From: a bacterium UBP1_UBA4783
GTDB lineage: Bacteria; Krumholzibacteriota; Krumholzibacteriia; Krumholzibacteriales; Krumholzibacteriaceae
Reading direction: 5' to 3'
Assembly (NCBI GenBank): GCA_002403075.1
Contig: DHHB01000007.1
Location: forward strand, 2,339-66,338
Length of the DNA stretch: 64,000 nucleotides
Below, in pieces: positions 9,169 through 20,854 of the stretch. Within the stretch, counting starts at the first letter, position 1, and the number at the start of each line of letters is the position of its first letter. The position numbers and the translations under genes are program-made. The notes under the pieces were generated by a model, which did no database searches, was not told the origin of the DNA, and saw nothing but the letters and a program-made list of their open reading frames with translations.

Positions 9169-10533
9169 TCAGCACGGACGGCGGCGGCGCATCGCCTCGG
9201 CCATGAGCACGGCGCCCTCGATCGAGTGCGATACGGGCACCTGGTTGAGTTGAAAACCCTCGATGAGCATCCGGTACTTCTCGACGTGCGGCACGTACGC
9301 GACGAGCGGCTTGCCCTTCCTGCGATAGACCTGGCTCAGCCGCGCTCCCACGTCCGACGTGACCTCGGGGAGGTACGGGAGCAGAAGCAGGAGGACGCAG
9401 TCGATCTCCGACATCTCGCTCAACTCCCCCGCGACGATCACGAAATCGTCGTCCGTCGCGCTCCCGGTGAGATCGATCGGATTGCCGAGAGAGGCGATCT
9501 GCTGGATGCTCGGCGTGAGCTTGGCGCGGATCGCCGCCTGCACCGGCGCGGGGATCCGCGGCACGTCGAAGCCCGCCGCGGCGCACGCGTCGACCGCGAC
9601 GACGCCGTGGCCGCCGCTGCCCGTCACGATGCCGATGTTGCCGCCGATCGACGTCGGATAGCAGCTCAGGGACTCGCAGAAGGAGACGAGCTCGAACTCG
9701 TTCCGCGCCTCGGCGATGCCGAACTGGCCGAGGACGGAGGAGGTCACCGCGTAGTCCCCGGCGATCGAGGCGGTGTGGCTCGCCGCCGCGCGCGTGCCGA
9801 CTGCCGTCTTCCCCGATTTCATGACGATGACCGGCTTCGGGCACTCGCTCGCCTTGAGCACGAACTCGCGCCCCTCCCCGCGGTCGAACCCCTCGATGTA
9901 GAACGCGATGACGCTCGTCGCCTCGTCCGCGGCGAACCATTCGAGCAGATCGATCTCTCGGATCAGCGCCTTGTTGCCGATGCCGACAGCGCACGAGAGC
10001 CCGATCCCCTGCCCCGCGAACTTCACCATCTGGTCGACGAGGATGCCGCCGCTTTGGCTCACGATCGCGACCTTTCCCGGATCGGGCCTCACGAGCCGTT
10101 CGCTCGGCAGGAAGAACGTGTCGACGCGCTGCGAGAAGATCCCGAGGCAGTTCGGCCCGATGAACGGAAAATCCGCCTCCCGCGCGATCGCCGCGAGGCG
10201 GTCCTGCAGCTCGGTACGCCCGGTCTCCGCGAAGCCTCCCGACACGACGACCGCGCCGCCGACCTTCGCGGCGACGCATTCCTCCATGACGGACGGCACG
10301 AGCTCGGCGCGCACCGCGATCACGGCGAGGTCGATCCGCTCGGGAATGTCCTTGATGCTCGGGAAAACCCGCGATTCCCGATGCATTCCGCCCCGCGGGT
10401 TGACGCCGAACGTCTTGACCGGATAGCGGAGATAGTTTTTGTGGAAGATGACGTTCGCCGGATGCGAATCGTTCGTGAGAGAAAGTCCCACGACCGCCAT
10501 CGTCTGCGGCTCGAAAAGCGCTTTGAAATCCAC
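9169..10533 (-). CDS. acdA: ADP-forming acyl-CoA synthetase alpha subunit (CoA-binding)
   Basis: GTG start VDFKALFEP; SGGFAE, IGPNCLG, SQSGG, GNKA, phospho-His ASHTASIAG, NPIDLTG. Confidence 0.88.
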   Translation of the reverse strand: MDFKALFEPQTMAVVGLSLTNDSHPANVIFHKNYLRYPVKTFGVNPRGGMHRESRVFPSIKDIPERIDLAVIAVRAELVPSVMEECVAAKVGGAVVVSGGFAETGRTELQDRLAAIAREADFPFIGPNCLGIFSQRVDTFFLPSERLVRPDPGKVAIVSQSGGILVDQMVKFAGQGIGLSCAVGIGNKALIREIDLLEWFAADEATSVIAFYIEGFDRGEGREFVLKASECPKPVIVMKSGKTAVGTRAAASHTASIAGDYAVTSSVLGQFGIAEARNEFELVSFCESLSCYPTSIGGNIGIVTGSGGHGVVAVDACAAAGFDVPRIPAPVQAAIRAKLTPSIQQIASLGNPIDLTGSATDDDFVIVAGELSEMSEIDCVLLLLLPYLPEVTSDVGARLSQVYRRKGKPLVAYVPHVEKYRMLIEGFQLNQVPVSHSIEGAVLMAEAMRRRRPC

Positions 10534-10666
10534 CTCGCATCCTTTCGGGGGCCGCCGGGCGACGCCGCGCGCCGAGCGGACATCGGGGATTAAATCATAC
10601 CGCGGCGCGGCGCGCAAGGGCCGGGGCGGCGTCCCGGGTGCGGCCCGAGCGCGGCCCCTTCCTCCG

Positions 10667-11065
10667 TCAGAATTGCCGCCGGAGTCGGACGCGGGCGGGG
10701 GGCGGCTGCGGGCGCTTCTTCCAGTAGCTCGCCGCGCCCGCGTCGAGGGCCCTTTCGAGCGGATCGCGCCGTGCGGCGCGGAACGCGAGGGCGATCGGGG
10801 TGACGACGAGGAAAAAGACGATCGAGAGCAGAAGCCGCGTGTTGAACCAGAGGAGCCCGCGGGCGACGACCGTCCAAACCCGATAGACGGGCCGGAGGAG
10901 GCGCGGGAGGAATATCGCCGCGAGCGCGAGCGCCCCCGCGATCCCGAGAAAGATCCCGAAATGCGGATCGTGCCCCCGCCAGAGACGGACATGGCTCACG
11001 ATCGCGAGCACCGTCGAGACGGCGAAGGCGAACTCCCTGATCTTCTTCGTTTCCTCTCTCGTCAT
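10667..11065 (-). CDS. SxtJ-family membrane protein
   Basis: 132 aa with hydrophobic segments; LRPVYRVW...LLSIVFFLVVTPIAL...DPL...SYW...RQF C-terminus; directly follows the carbamoyltransferase. Confidence 0.8.
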   Translation of the reverse strand: MTREETKKIREFAFAVSTVLAIVSHVRLWRGHDPHFGIFLGIAGALALAAIFLPRLLRPVYRVWTVVARGLLWFNTRLLLSIVFFLVVTPIALAFRAARRDPLERALDAGAASYWKKRPQPPPARVRLRRQF

Positions 11066-11067
11066 CG

Positions 11068-12881
11068 TCAATCGAGCGCGAACTCCGCCCTCCAGTCGGC
11101 CGTCTCTTCGAGCTTCGGCTGCAGCGCCTTGTCCAGCAGGAAGGGTCCCATCACGAGGTAATCCATCTCCGTCCGCATGAAGCAGCGGTACGCGTCGTGC
11201 GGCGTACAGACGATAGGCTCCCCGCGGACGTTGAACGAGGTGTTGATGATCACGGCGCACCCGGTCCGCCTCCGAAACGCCTCGATCATGTCGTAGTAGC
11301 CCGGGTTGTCCTCGCGTCGCACCGTCTGGATGCGCGCGGAATAATCGACGTGGGTCACGGCGGGGATCTCCGAGCGCACGACGTCGAGCTTCCCGAGGCC
11401 TCGCGCGCGCTCGGCCTCCGGGCCGCAATCGACGCATTTGTCGCGCCGCACGCGCGCGGTGAGCAGCATGTACGGGCTCTCGCGGTCGAGATCGAAATAC
11501 TCCGAGACGCGATCCTCGAGCACCGTCGGCGCGAACGGCCTGAACGACTCGCGGTACTTTATCTTGAGATTCATGATCTTCTGCATCGCGGGCGAGCGCG
11601 CGTCGCCGACGATGCTCCGGCTCCCGAGCGCGCGGGGACCGAACTCCATCCGCCCCTGAAACCACCCGACGACCGCTCCGGATTCGCAGAGCGCGGCGAC
11701 CCGTTCGCCGATCTCCTCGCCGCCGAGCTTCTCGTGCGGATACGCGTTCTCCTTGAGATAGCTCTCGATCACCTCGTCCGGGAACGCGGGCCCGAGGTAC
11801 GAGGCACGCTGCGAGTCGCGCCCCCCGCGGAGAACGCGAGGCTTGTCGTACCGCTCGTGCCAAACGAGAAGCGCCGCCCCGAGCGCCCCCCCCGCGTCCC
11901 CGGCCGCGGGCTGTATCCAGAGATCCTCGAACAGCCCCTCCCGCAGGATGCGGCCGTTGCCGACGCAGTTGAGCGCCACGCCCCCCGCGAGGCACAGCCG
12001 CTTCATGCCGGTCTCCCGGTGCACGTGCCGGGCGATGCGGAGCATGATCTCCTCGGTGACCTCCTGAATCGAGCGCGCCATGTCCATCTCGCGCTGCGTG
12101 ATCTCCGCCTCGCCCGCGCGCGGCGGCCCGCCGAAGAGATCGGCGAAACGCTTGTTGGTCATCCTGAGACCCGCGCCGTAATCGAAGTATTTCATGTTGA
12201 GGCGGAAGGACCCGTCGTCCTTGAGATCGACGAGCTCGCGCAAGATGAGATCGACGTAGCGCGGCTCTCCGTACGGCGCGAGCCCCATGAGCTTGTACTC
12301 GCCCGAGTTGACCTTGAAGCCGGTGAAGTACGTGAACGCCGAGTAGAGGAGGCCGAGCGAATGGGGAAACCGTATCTCCTCCCGCAGCTCGATCCGGTTG
12401 TCGCGCCCGACGCCCCAGCTCGTCGTCGTCCACTCGCCGACGCCGTCGAGGGTCACGATCGCGGCCTCGCGGAAGGGCGACGGGTAGAAGGCGGACGCGG
12501 CGTGCGACTCGTGGTGCTCGGCGAAGAGGATCTCCCCCTGGTATCCGAGCTCGTCCCGGATGATCGACGGCACGAAGAGCTTCTCCCGGAGCCAGAGCGG
12601 CATCGAAGTGAAGAACGAACGGATCCCCCGCGGCGCGTAGGCGATGTACGTCTCGAGGATGCGCTCGAACTTGAGGAGCGGCTTGTCGTAGAAGACGACG
12701 GCGTCGAGGTCGGCGGCCACGATCCCTCCCTCGGCGAGGCAGTACCGGGCCGCGTGCCGCGGAAATTCGAAGTCGTGCTTCTTCCGCGTGAAGCGCTCCT
12801 CCTGCGCCGCGGCGACGATCTCGCCGTCGACGACGAGCGCCGCGGCGCTGTCGTGGTAGAAGGCCGAGATGCCGAGTATTC

Positions 12882-12897
<16 letters not shown>
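11068..12897 (-). CDS. O-carbamoyltransferase (NodU/CmcH/SxtI family)
   Basis: ILGISAFYHDSAAAL, EERFTRKKH, EHHESHAASAF, DGVGE, GEYKLMGLAPYG, GGVALNC, EFGPRALG, RESFRPFAP, NTSFNVRGEPIV. Confidence 0.95.
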
Positions 12898-14984
<2,087 letters not shown>

Positions 14985-15248
14985 GCGGCTCCTTTCCGTG
15001 AATTTTTCCGTTTCGAGACCTCGAGTATCCGACCGCTCCCCTTCGCCGTTCGAGGATCGAAAGAGCCGCGGCGCGGAGACACGTATTCTACATCGAAACA
15101 CCGCGGCATTGAAAGAGCTTTGCGCGGACGGCGGAAACGGCTCAGACCCCTTCCGGCCAGCGCCGTCGCGATCGAAAAGCGCGCTTGCCATCGCCCGGAG
15201 ATTGCGCTACTACAATGCCGACGAACGATCGAGCACGGAGGAGCTGAA

Positions 15249-16034
15249 ATGACCAATAACGAGCAAGAATCGCGCGAGGAGCGCCGCGCGAAGTTCATCG
15301 AAACGCTCAAGCGCCGGCAGGTGCTCGCGCTCACGGAGCCGCTCGAGCAGAAGCTCTCCGCATACCGCGCGGGAAAGCTTTCGGCCGAGGATCTCTTCAA
15401 GGCGCTGCACTGGCTTTCCGGCCAGAGCGAGAAGGTCCTCAAGCGCTACCGCAACCGTCCCGAGGTCGTTCTCGCCGAGATCGCCATGGACGAAAACAAG
15501 TTCACGACCGATATCGGCGACATCGGCGTCAAGGCGCGTCTCGGCGACGTTACGGCGCTCTTCGCCGACGCGATCGTGAATCCTGCCGATCCGCGAGGCG
15601 TCATGGCGGCCGGCGTCGCCGCGGCCATCAAGGCGGCGGGCGGAGGCGAGATCGAGAAAGAGGCGGTCGCCCGCTCGCCCATCTCGATCGGGAAGGCGGT
15701 CGCGACGACCGCGGGAACGCTCCCGATCCTCTACGTCATCCACGTCGCCGTCGCCTCGGAGCCGGGAGGCGCGAGCTCGCCTGAGAACGTTCGCGTCGCC
15801 GCGGCGGCCGCTCTCGCCCTCGCCGAGGAGCTCGGCGTCGAATCGGTCGCGATCCCCGCTCTCGGCACGGGGGCCGGGAAGGTGCCGATGGAGGACGCCG
15901 CCGCGGCCGTCGTCGAAGCGATCGCCGCCCACGAGCCGAAACGCCTCGCCGACGTCACCCTCGTCGCGCGCGACGAAGAGACGGTCGCGGCGTTCGTCGC
16001 GGCGCTCGAACGCTACGAGGAAAAGCACGCGTAA
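15249..16034 (+). CDS. Macro (ADP-ribose-binding) domain protein with N-terminal helical extension
   Basis: GDVT...DAIVNPA...GVAAAI...AVATTAG...VIHVA...SVAIPALGTGAG; RBS GGAGGAG. Confidence 0.88.
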   Translation: MTNNEQESREERRAKFIETLKRRQVLALTEPLEQKLSAYRAGKLSAEDLFKALHWLSGQSEKVLKRYRNRPEVVLAEIAMDENKFTTDIGDIGVKARLGDVTALFADAIVNPADPRGVMAAGVAAAIKAAGGGEIEKEAVARSPISIGKAVATTAGTLPILYVIHVAVASEPGGASSPENVRVAAAAALALAEELGVESVAIPALGTGAGKVPMEDAAAAVVEAIAAHEPKRLADVTLVARDEETVAAFVAALERYEEKHA

Positions 16035-16069
16035 AAAAGCGGCCGGCGGGTCGCGCCCGCCGGCCGCTT
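16033..16069. terminator. Intrinsic terminator between convergent macro and deformylase genes
   Basis: AAGCGGCCGGCGGG-tcgcg-CCCGCCGGCCGCTT perfect stem; A6 gives a U-tract on the minus strand. Confidence 0.8.
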
Positions 16070-16091
16070 GAACTGTTCGCCGTTTCGAAAG

Positions 16092-16592
16092 CTACTTCCC
16101 CTCGGGCCGCTCGCTCCGCAGCGAAAAGCTCTTGTTCGTGATCGCCTGCTGGGTCGCGAGAATCCCCTTCAGGTGATCGATTTCGTGCTGCATGAGCGCG
16201 GCGAGCTTCCCCTCGAGGTACATGCTCTGCTTCCGCCAGCTCGTGTCGCGGTAGATGACCTTGCACCGGCGATAGCGCTTCACCTTGACCATGAGGTCGG
16301 GGAAGCTCATGCAGTCGTCCCACACCTCGACCTTGCGACGGCTGCGCAGCTTGATGACGGGATTGATGAGCACGATGGGCTGGTTCACGTGCATGTACAC
16401 GATCCGCTTGAAAACGCCGATCTGAGGCGCCGCGATGGCGCGCCCCCATCCGTACTCGTCCCGGAAATCGAGGAGCGTGTCCTTCAGGTCCTCGAAGACC
16501 GGCTCGAGCTTTTCGAGCTCGTCGCGCTCGACCTTTTCCGACTCCTTGTAGAGCAGGGAGTTTCCCAGCAGGAGTATGTCGCGCACCGCCAT
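16092..16592 (-). CDS. def: Peptide deformylase (atypical motifs)
   Basis: AIAAPQIG, INPVI, DDCMS, QHEIDHLKGIL. Confidence 0.85.
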   Translation of the reverse strand: MAVRDILLLGNSLLYKESEKVERDELEKLEPVFEDLKDTLLDFRDEYGWGRAIAAPQIGVFKRIVYMHVNQPIVLINPVIKLRSRRKVEVWDDCMSFPDLMVKVKRYRRCKVIYRDTSWRKQSMYLEGKLAALMQHEIDHLKGILATQQAITNKSFSLRSERPEGK

Positions 16593-16596
16593 GTCG

Positions 16597-18078
16597 TCAC
16601 CTCTCCGCCGCGGCCGGTTCCATCGTTCGTGACGCGGGGGGCTGCTCCTCGCGGCGCTCCTCGGGCCGTTTCCAAGGCGCCGGGTATGCCCCCGTCCAGC
16701 AGTAGAGACAGAGCCGTTCCTTGGGGAGGCCGATCGCCGCGACCATATCCTCGAGGGTCTGGTAGCGAAGCGACGTCACCTCGAGATCGCGCGCGATCCA
16801 CTCGACCATCCGCCGGTACCGGTCCGTTCGATGATCGACGTACGCCGACACGTCCTCGACGTCGTGCCCCTCGAGGTCGCGGATCGCGCGCCGCGCGGCG
16901 AGCTCGTCGAGACTCCGCGTCGAGAGGTTGAACCGGCACGGATACATGAGCGGCGGGCATGCGGGCCGCGCGTGCACCTCGCGGGCGCCCCCCTCCCAGA
17001 GCTTTCGCACGGTGTAGTTCTTGAGCTGGGTGCCCCGCACGATCGAATCCTCGCAGACGACGATCCGGTTCCCCCGGATGATCTCCTCGTTCGGGATGAG
17101 CTTCATCTTGGCGACGAGATCGCGCGTCTCCTGCGAGGGGGGCGTGTAGCTGCGTCCGTAGCCCGGCGTATACTTGACGAGGGGGCGGCGAAACGGTTTT
17201 CCCGACTCGATCGCGTAGCCGAGCGCGTGGCCGATCCCCGAATCGGGGATGCCGGAAACGAGATCGACTTCGATGTCGCGGTCGCGCCGCGCGAGCGCCG
17301 CGCCGCTGCGCTCCCGAACGACCTCGACGTTTATCCCCTCGTAGCTCGAGGTCGGGAAGCCGGTGTAGATCCAGAGAAAGGCGCAGGTGTTGTTCGTCTC
17401 GGCGCCCCGGCGCACCTGCGTGAGCCCGCTCTCCGTGAGGAGCACGATCTCGCCGGGCTCGAGGTACTTCTCGACGCGGAATCCGAGGTTGAGAAAAGCG
17501 CTCGTCTCCGTCGCGACGGCCCATGCGCCCTCGCGTCGGCCGATCGCGAGCGAGAAGTAGCCGAGGCGGTCTCGCGCGGCGTAGACGCCGTCCTCGTGGA
17601 GAAGCATCAGCGAGCACGAGCCGTCGATCGACTCGAACATGCGGTCGATGCCGTCGGCGATGCTCGATCCGCGCGTGATGAGCTTCGCGACGAGCTCGGT
17701 GAGGTTGACGTTGCCTCCCGCGCCGAACTCGCTGAAGGAGCCGCCGGCAGCGAGATAATCGTCCGCGAGGGCGCGGGCGTTGTCGATGAAGCCGTCCGTG
17801 GCGATGCAGAACGGGCCGAAGCGGGAGCGGATGTAGATCGGCTGCTCGTCGAGGGCGCTGATGACGCCGATCCCCTTCGTGCCGCGAAGACGCGCCCGGT
17901 CGTCGTGGAACTTCGACTTGAACTGGCTCTGGCCGATGTTGTGGATCTGCCGGACGAAATCCTCCCCGTACACGGCGAGGCCGCCGAACTGCGTTCCGAG
18001 GTGCGAATGATAATCGGTTCCGTAGAAGAGAACGTCCGAACAATCGGTTTTGGAAACAACTCCGAAAAGCCCGCTCAC
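16597..18078 (-). CDS. purF: Amidophosphoribosyltransferase-like protein (N-terminal Ser instead of Cys)
   Basis: ARDRLG, TCAFLWIY, GIPDSG, PRPP loop VVCEDSIVRGTQ, Fe-S cysteines CPPLMYPC and CLYC. Confidence 0.88.
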   Translation of the reverse strand: MSGLFGVVSKTDCSDVLFYGTDYHSHLGTQFGGLAVYGEDFVRQIHNIGQSQFKSKFHDDRARLRGTKGIGVISALDEQPIYIRSRFGPFCIATDGFIDNARALADDYLAAGGSFSEFGAGGNVNLTELVAKLITRGSSIADGIDRMFESIDGSCSLMLLHEDGVYAARDRLGYFSLAIGRREGAWAVATETSAFLNLGFRVEKYLEPGEIVLLTESGLTQVRRGAETNNTCAFLWIYTGFPTSSYEGINVEVVRERSGAALARRDRDIEVDLVSGIPDSGIGHALGYAIESGKPFRRPLVKYTPGYGRSYTPPSQETRDLVAKMKLIPNEEIIRGNRIVVCEDSIVRGTQLKNYTVRKLWEGGAREVHARPACPPLMYPCRFNLSTRSLDELAARRAIRDLEGHDVEDVSAYVDHRTDRYRRMVEWIARDLEVTSLRYQTLEDMVAAIGLPKERLCLYCWTGAYPAPWKRPEERREEQPPASRTMEPAAAER

Positions 18079-18258
18079 GATGTTCCTCCAGTTGTGCGGA
18101 AGTGTGGGTGCGGGCGCGAAGCGCCGGCTACCCGCACATCATAGCGATTCGAGGCGCCGGGCTCAACGATAAATAATGCTTGTTGCGGCGAAAATCGAGC
18201 CTGTAGAGTGGTCGCCGGCGCCGGGACGTCGGCGGAGACGCCCCGGCGGCATCGAACC

Positions 18259-19809
18259 ATGTGGAAAACGATTGAAACGAAAAGCGGCGACGCCGCTTGC
18301 GCTCTTCCCGCGCGGGACTTCCCGCCGCGGCGGACGATCTATCTCGCGCTCCTCTTCCTCTGCCTTCTCTCGTATAGAGGCGTTCTCGACAACTGGCTCT
18401 TCAACGACGACCTCTCGTGGCTCCGCGCCGCGCGGCTCGAGATGGCGCCCGGGAACCTTCTCACGTACCGCGTCGTCGACTTCTTCCGTCCGCTCGTGAA
18501 CCTCTCGTTCTGGCTCATGGAAAAGGCCTCGCCGGGGAACGTCGCGCTGCACTACGGTTTCAACGTCGTTCTCCACGCGCTCTGCACGATCCTCTACTTC
18601 CATCTTCTCGCGAAGCTCCTCGGAAGCGTCCGCGTCGCCTTCGCGGCGGCGGCGCTCTTCGCCGTCACGAGCGTGCACGCGGCTGCGGTATTCTGGATCA
18701 GCGCCCGGACGACGCTCCTCTCGACGGCGTTCCTGCTCGCCGCCCTCCTCGCGCTCCTCTCGAAGCGGCGCGCGGGGCCCCTCCGCGCCGCCGGAGCGTG
18801 CGCCCTCTACGGCCTCGCGCTCGCGTCGAAGGAAGAGGCGATCGCGGGGCTCCTCCTCGTCTCTCTCGTCTGGGCGCTCGCGCGCGGGAGAACGGACGGA
18901 CCGCGGATCGACGGCCGGGCGCTCGCTGCGCTCGCCGCGGTCTCGGCCCTGTATCTCCTCCTGCGCCACGCCTTCATGGGCGGATTCTTCAGGGAAAACT
19001 GGGGGCCCGGCGCCCACGCCCTCCGGAACGTCGCGGGCGGATTTCTCTATCAGCTCTATCCGTGGCCCTTCTTCTCCCTGCTCCATCCCGCGGGCACGAA
19101 TATCCCCGAGCCCGCAGGAGCCCTCATGCCGGAGATCCTCGCCGTGCCGCTCGCCGCGCTCCTCGTCCTCGCTGGCCGCGCAGCGCGCAGATCGTTCGCC
19201 ATGAACGTCGCCGTGGCGTGGGGGTTTCTCGCGCTCGCGCCGGCGGCCCTCTTCCGCTACCGTTTCTTCTCGACGGTCTCGTTCAGCCAGAGCCGCTACT
19301 ACTACCTCTCGTCGGCCGGAACCGCGCTCGCCGTCGTCATCCTCCTCTCGATGATCTGGCGCGGACGTTCGCGTGCGCGGCAGGCGCTCGCCGGGGCCCT
19401 GTTCCTCTTCATCGCGGCGGGATACGTGGAGCGAACGCACCGCCTCGAACGCAAGTGGGACGAGTTCACGGGGTATTACCGCGAGATCGTCGCCGCGGTC
19501 GTCGAGGAGAGCGACGCGCGACCCGACGCGAAGACCATCGCGGTCGAGAATCCGCCGATGGCGTTCGACTATCTCGCCGACGCGATCGTTCTCGAGCGCC
19601 CGGACCGGACCGTCGTCGCCGCAGCGTCCCGGGAGGAGGCCGAGAAGCACGCGCCGTGCCTCTACATATCGTATTCGGGGGAGTCGCCGAAGGTCATGCG
19701 CGTCGAGAGGATCGACCGGCCGGCCGGAGCCGGCGGGGCGGGCGGCGACAGGAGCGGCGGCGAGAGCGGCGAAGCGGGCGCCGCCGGGGGAGGCGGAGCG
19801 TCTCCATGA
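18259..19809 (+). CDS. Multi-pass membrane protein, probable GT-C (ArnT/PMT-like) glycosyltransferase
   Basis: Many TM helices; NDD motif after TM1, FFRPL, H..NVVLH, AVFWISAR, SKEEA, RYYYL. Confidence 0.65.
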   Translation: MWKTIETKSGDAACALPARDFPPRRTIYLALLFLCLLSYRGVLDNWLFNDDLSWLRAARLEMAPGNLLTYRVVDFFRPLVNLSFWLMEKASPGNVALHYGFNVVLHALCTILYFHLLAKLLGSVRVAFAAAALFAVTSVHAAAVFWISARTTLLSTAFLLAALLALLSKRRAGPLRAAGACALYGLALASKEEAIAGLLLVSLVWALARGRTDGPRIDGRALAALAAVSALYLLLRHAFMGGFFRENWGPGAHALRNVAGGFLYQLYPWPFFSLLHPAGTNIPEPAGALMPEILAVPLAALLVLAGRAARRSFAMNVAVAWGFLALAPAALFRYRFFSTVSFSQSRYYYLSSAGTALAVVILLSMIWRGRSRARQALAGALFLFIAAGYVERTHRLERKWDEFTGYYREIVAAVVEESDARPDAKTIAVENPPMAFDYLADAIVLERPDRTVVAAASREEAEKHAPCLYISYSGESPKVMRVERIDRPAGAGGAGGDRSGGESGEAGAAGGGGASP

Positions 19810-20840
19810 AACGCATCGACGTCACGAGAAACTGGCAGGGATCGCGGCTCGACCGCTTCGTCCGGGCGCACATCCCCGGCACGCCCTTCGGCGTTATCCA
19901 GATACTGCTCCGGAAGGGGCTCATTTACCTCAACGGCGAGCGCGCGAGCGGCGCGGCGCGCGTCAAGGGCGGAGACGTCGTCTCGATCGACATCGCCGAG
20001 TCCGACGAAGCCTCACCGCCTCCCGCGACGAAGCCGAAGCGGGGCCCGGGAAAAAGGGCCGTGAAACCTCCCGCTGGCGAGGCGGCCGCGGCCGGCAAAA
20101 CGCTCCGTCCCGCAGCCGCCATCGGGCGGGAGATCCGCGTGCTTCACGAGGACGACGAGGTGCTCGTCATAGACAAACCGGCGGGCGTCGTCGTCCAGCC
20201 CGGGAACCGCGCGGAGCGCGGATCGCTCCTCGATTCGCTCGAGGAATACCGGCGGCGAAGCGCGCGGACGAGGGCCCGCGGCCGAGCGACCTCCGCCGGG
20301 GACTCACCGCCGGGAACGATCGAGGAGCCTCCCTTCCCCTATACGCCGGTGCATCGCCTCGACCGCGACACAAGCGGCGCGCTCGTCGTCGCGAAGACCC
20401 GGCCCGCGGCGCGGGCCCTCACGAGGGCATTCGCGCGCCGCGGCGTGCACAAGATATATCTCGCCGTCGTCGAAGGCGTCCCGGCCGAAGAGGAGGGCAC
20501 GATCGACTCGCCGGTCGCCGTCGCGAAGGGCGCGCGCTCCCACGCCTCGCCGTCGCCCGCCGGCGCGAAAGCGATAACGCACTATTCGACGATCCGAAAG
20601 CTCCGCGGCGGGAGGGCGCTCCTCCGGATCACGATCGAGACCGGCCGCACGCACCAGATCAGGGCCCATCTCGCCTCGATCGGCCACCCGGTCGCCGGGG
20701 ACGCGGAATACGGCGCCGCGCCCGCCGGCCGAAGCGGCCGTTTCCTTCTGCACGCGTGGATGATATACTTCCCCCATCCGTCGACGGGCGAGATGCTGCT
20801 CTGCACGGCGCCGCCGCCGGCGGATATTCCGGCCGCCTAA
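19806..20840 (+). CDS. RluA/RluC/RluD-family pseudouridine synthase with S4 domain
   Basis: RLDRFV S4 domain, DKPAGVVVQPG, HRLDRDTSG, TGRTHQIRAH, LHA; ATGA overlap with upstream gene. Confidence 0.93.
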   Translation: MKRIDVTRNWQGSRLDRFVRAHIPGTPFGVIQILLRKGLIYLNGERASGAARVKGGDVVSIDIAESDEASPPPATKPKRGPGKRAVKPPAGEAAAAGKTLRPAAAIGREIRVLHEDDEVLVIDKPAGVVVQPGNRAERGSLLDSLEEYRRRSARTRARGRATSAGDSPPGTIEEPPFPYTPVHRLDRDTSGALVVAKTRPAARALTRAFARRGVHKIYLAVVEGVPAEEEGTIDSPVAVAKGARSHASPSPAGAKAITHYSTIRKLRGGRALLRITIETGRTHQIRAHLASIGHPVAGDAEYGAAPAGRSGRFLLHAWMIYFPHPSTGEMLLCTAPPPADIPAA

Positions 20841-20854
20841 ACGAGGAGGACGCA

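Noticed and set aside
15249..16034. Anti-phage or toxin-antitoxin (DarTG/Thoeris) macro domain
   Set aside because: No ADP-ribosyltransferase, TIR or SIR2 partner is adjacent; context is housekeeping.
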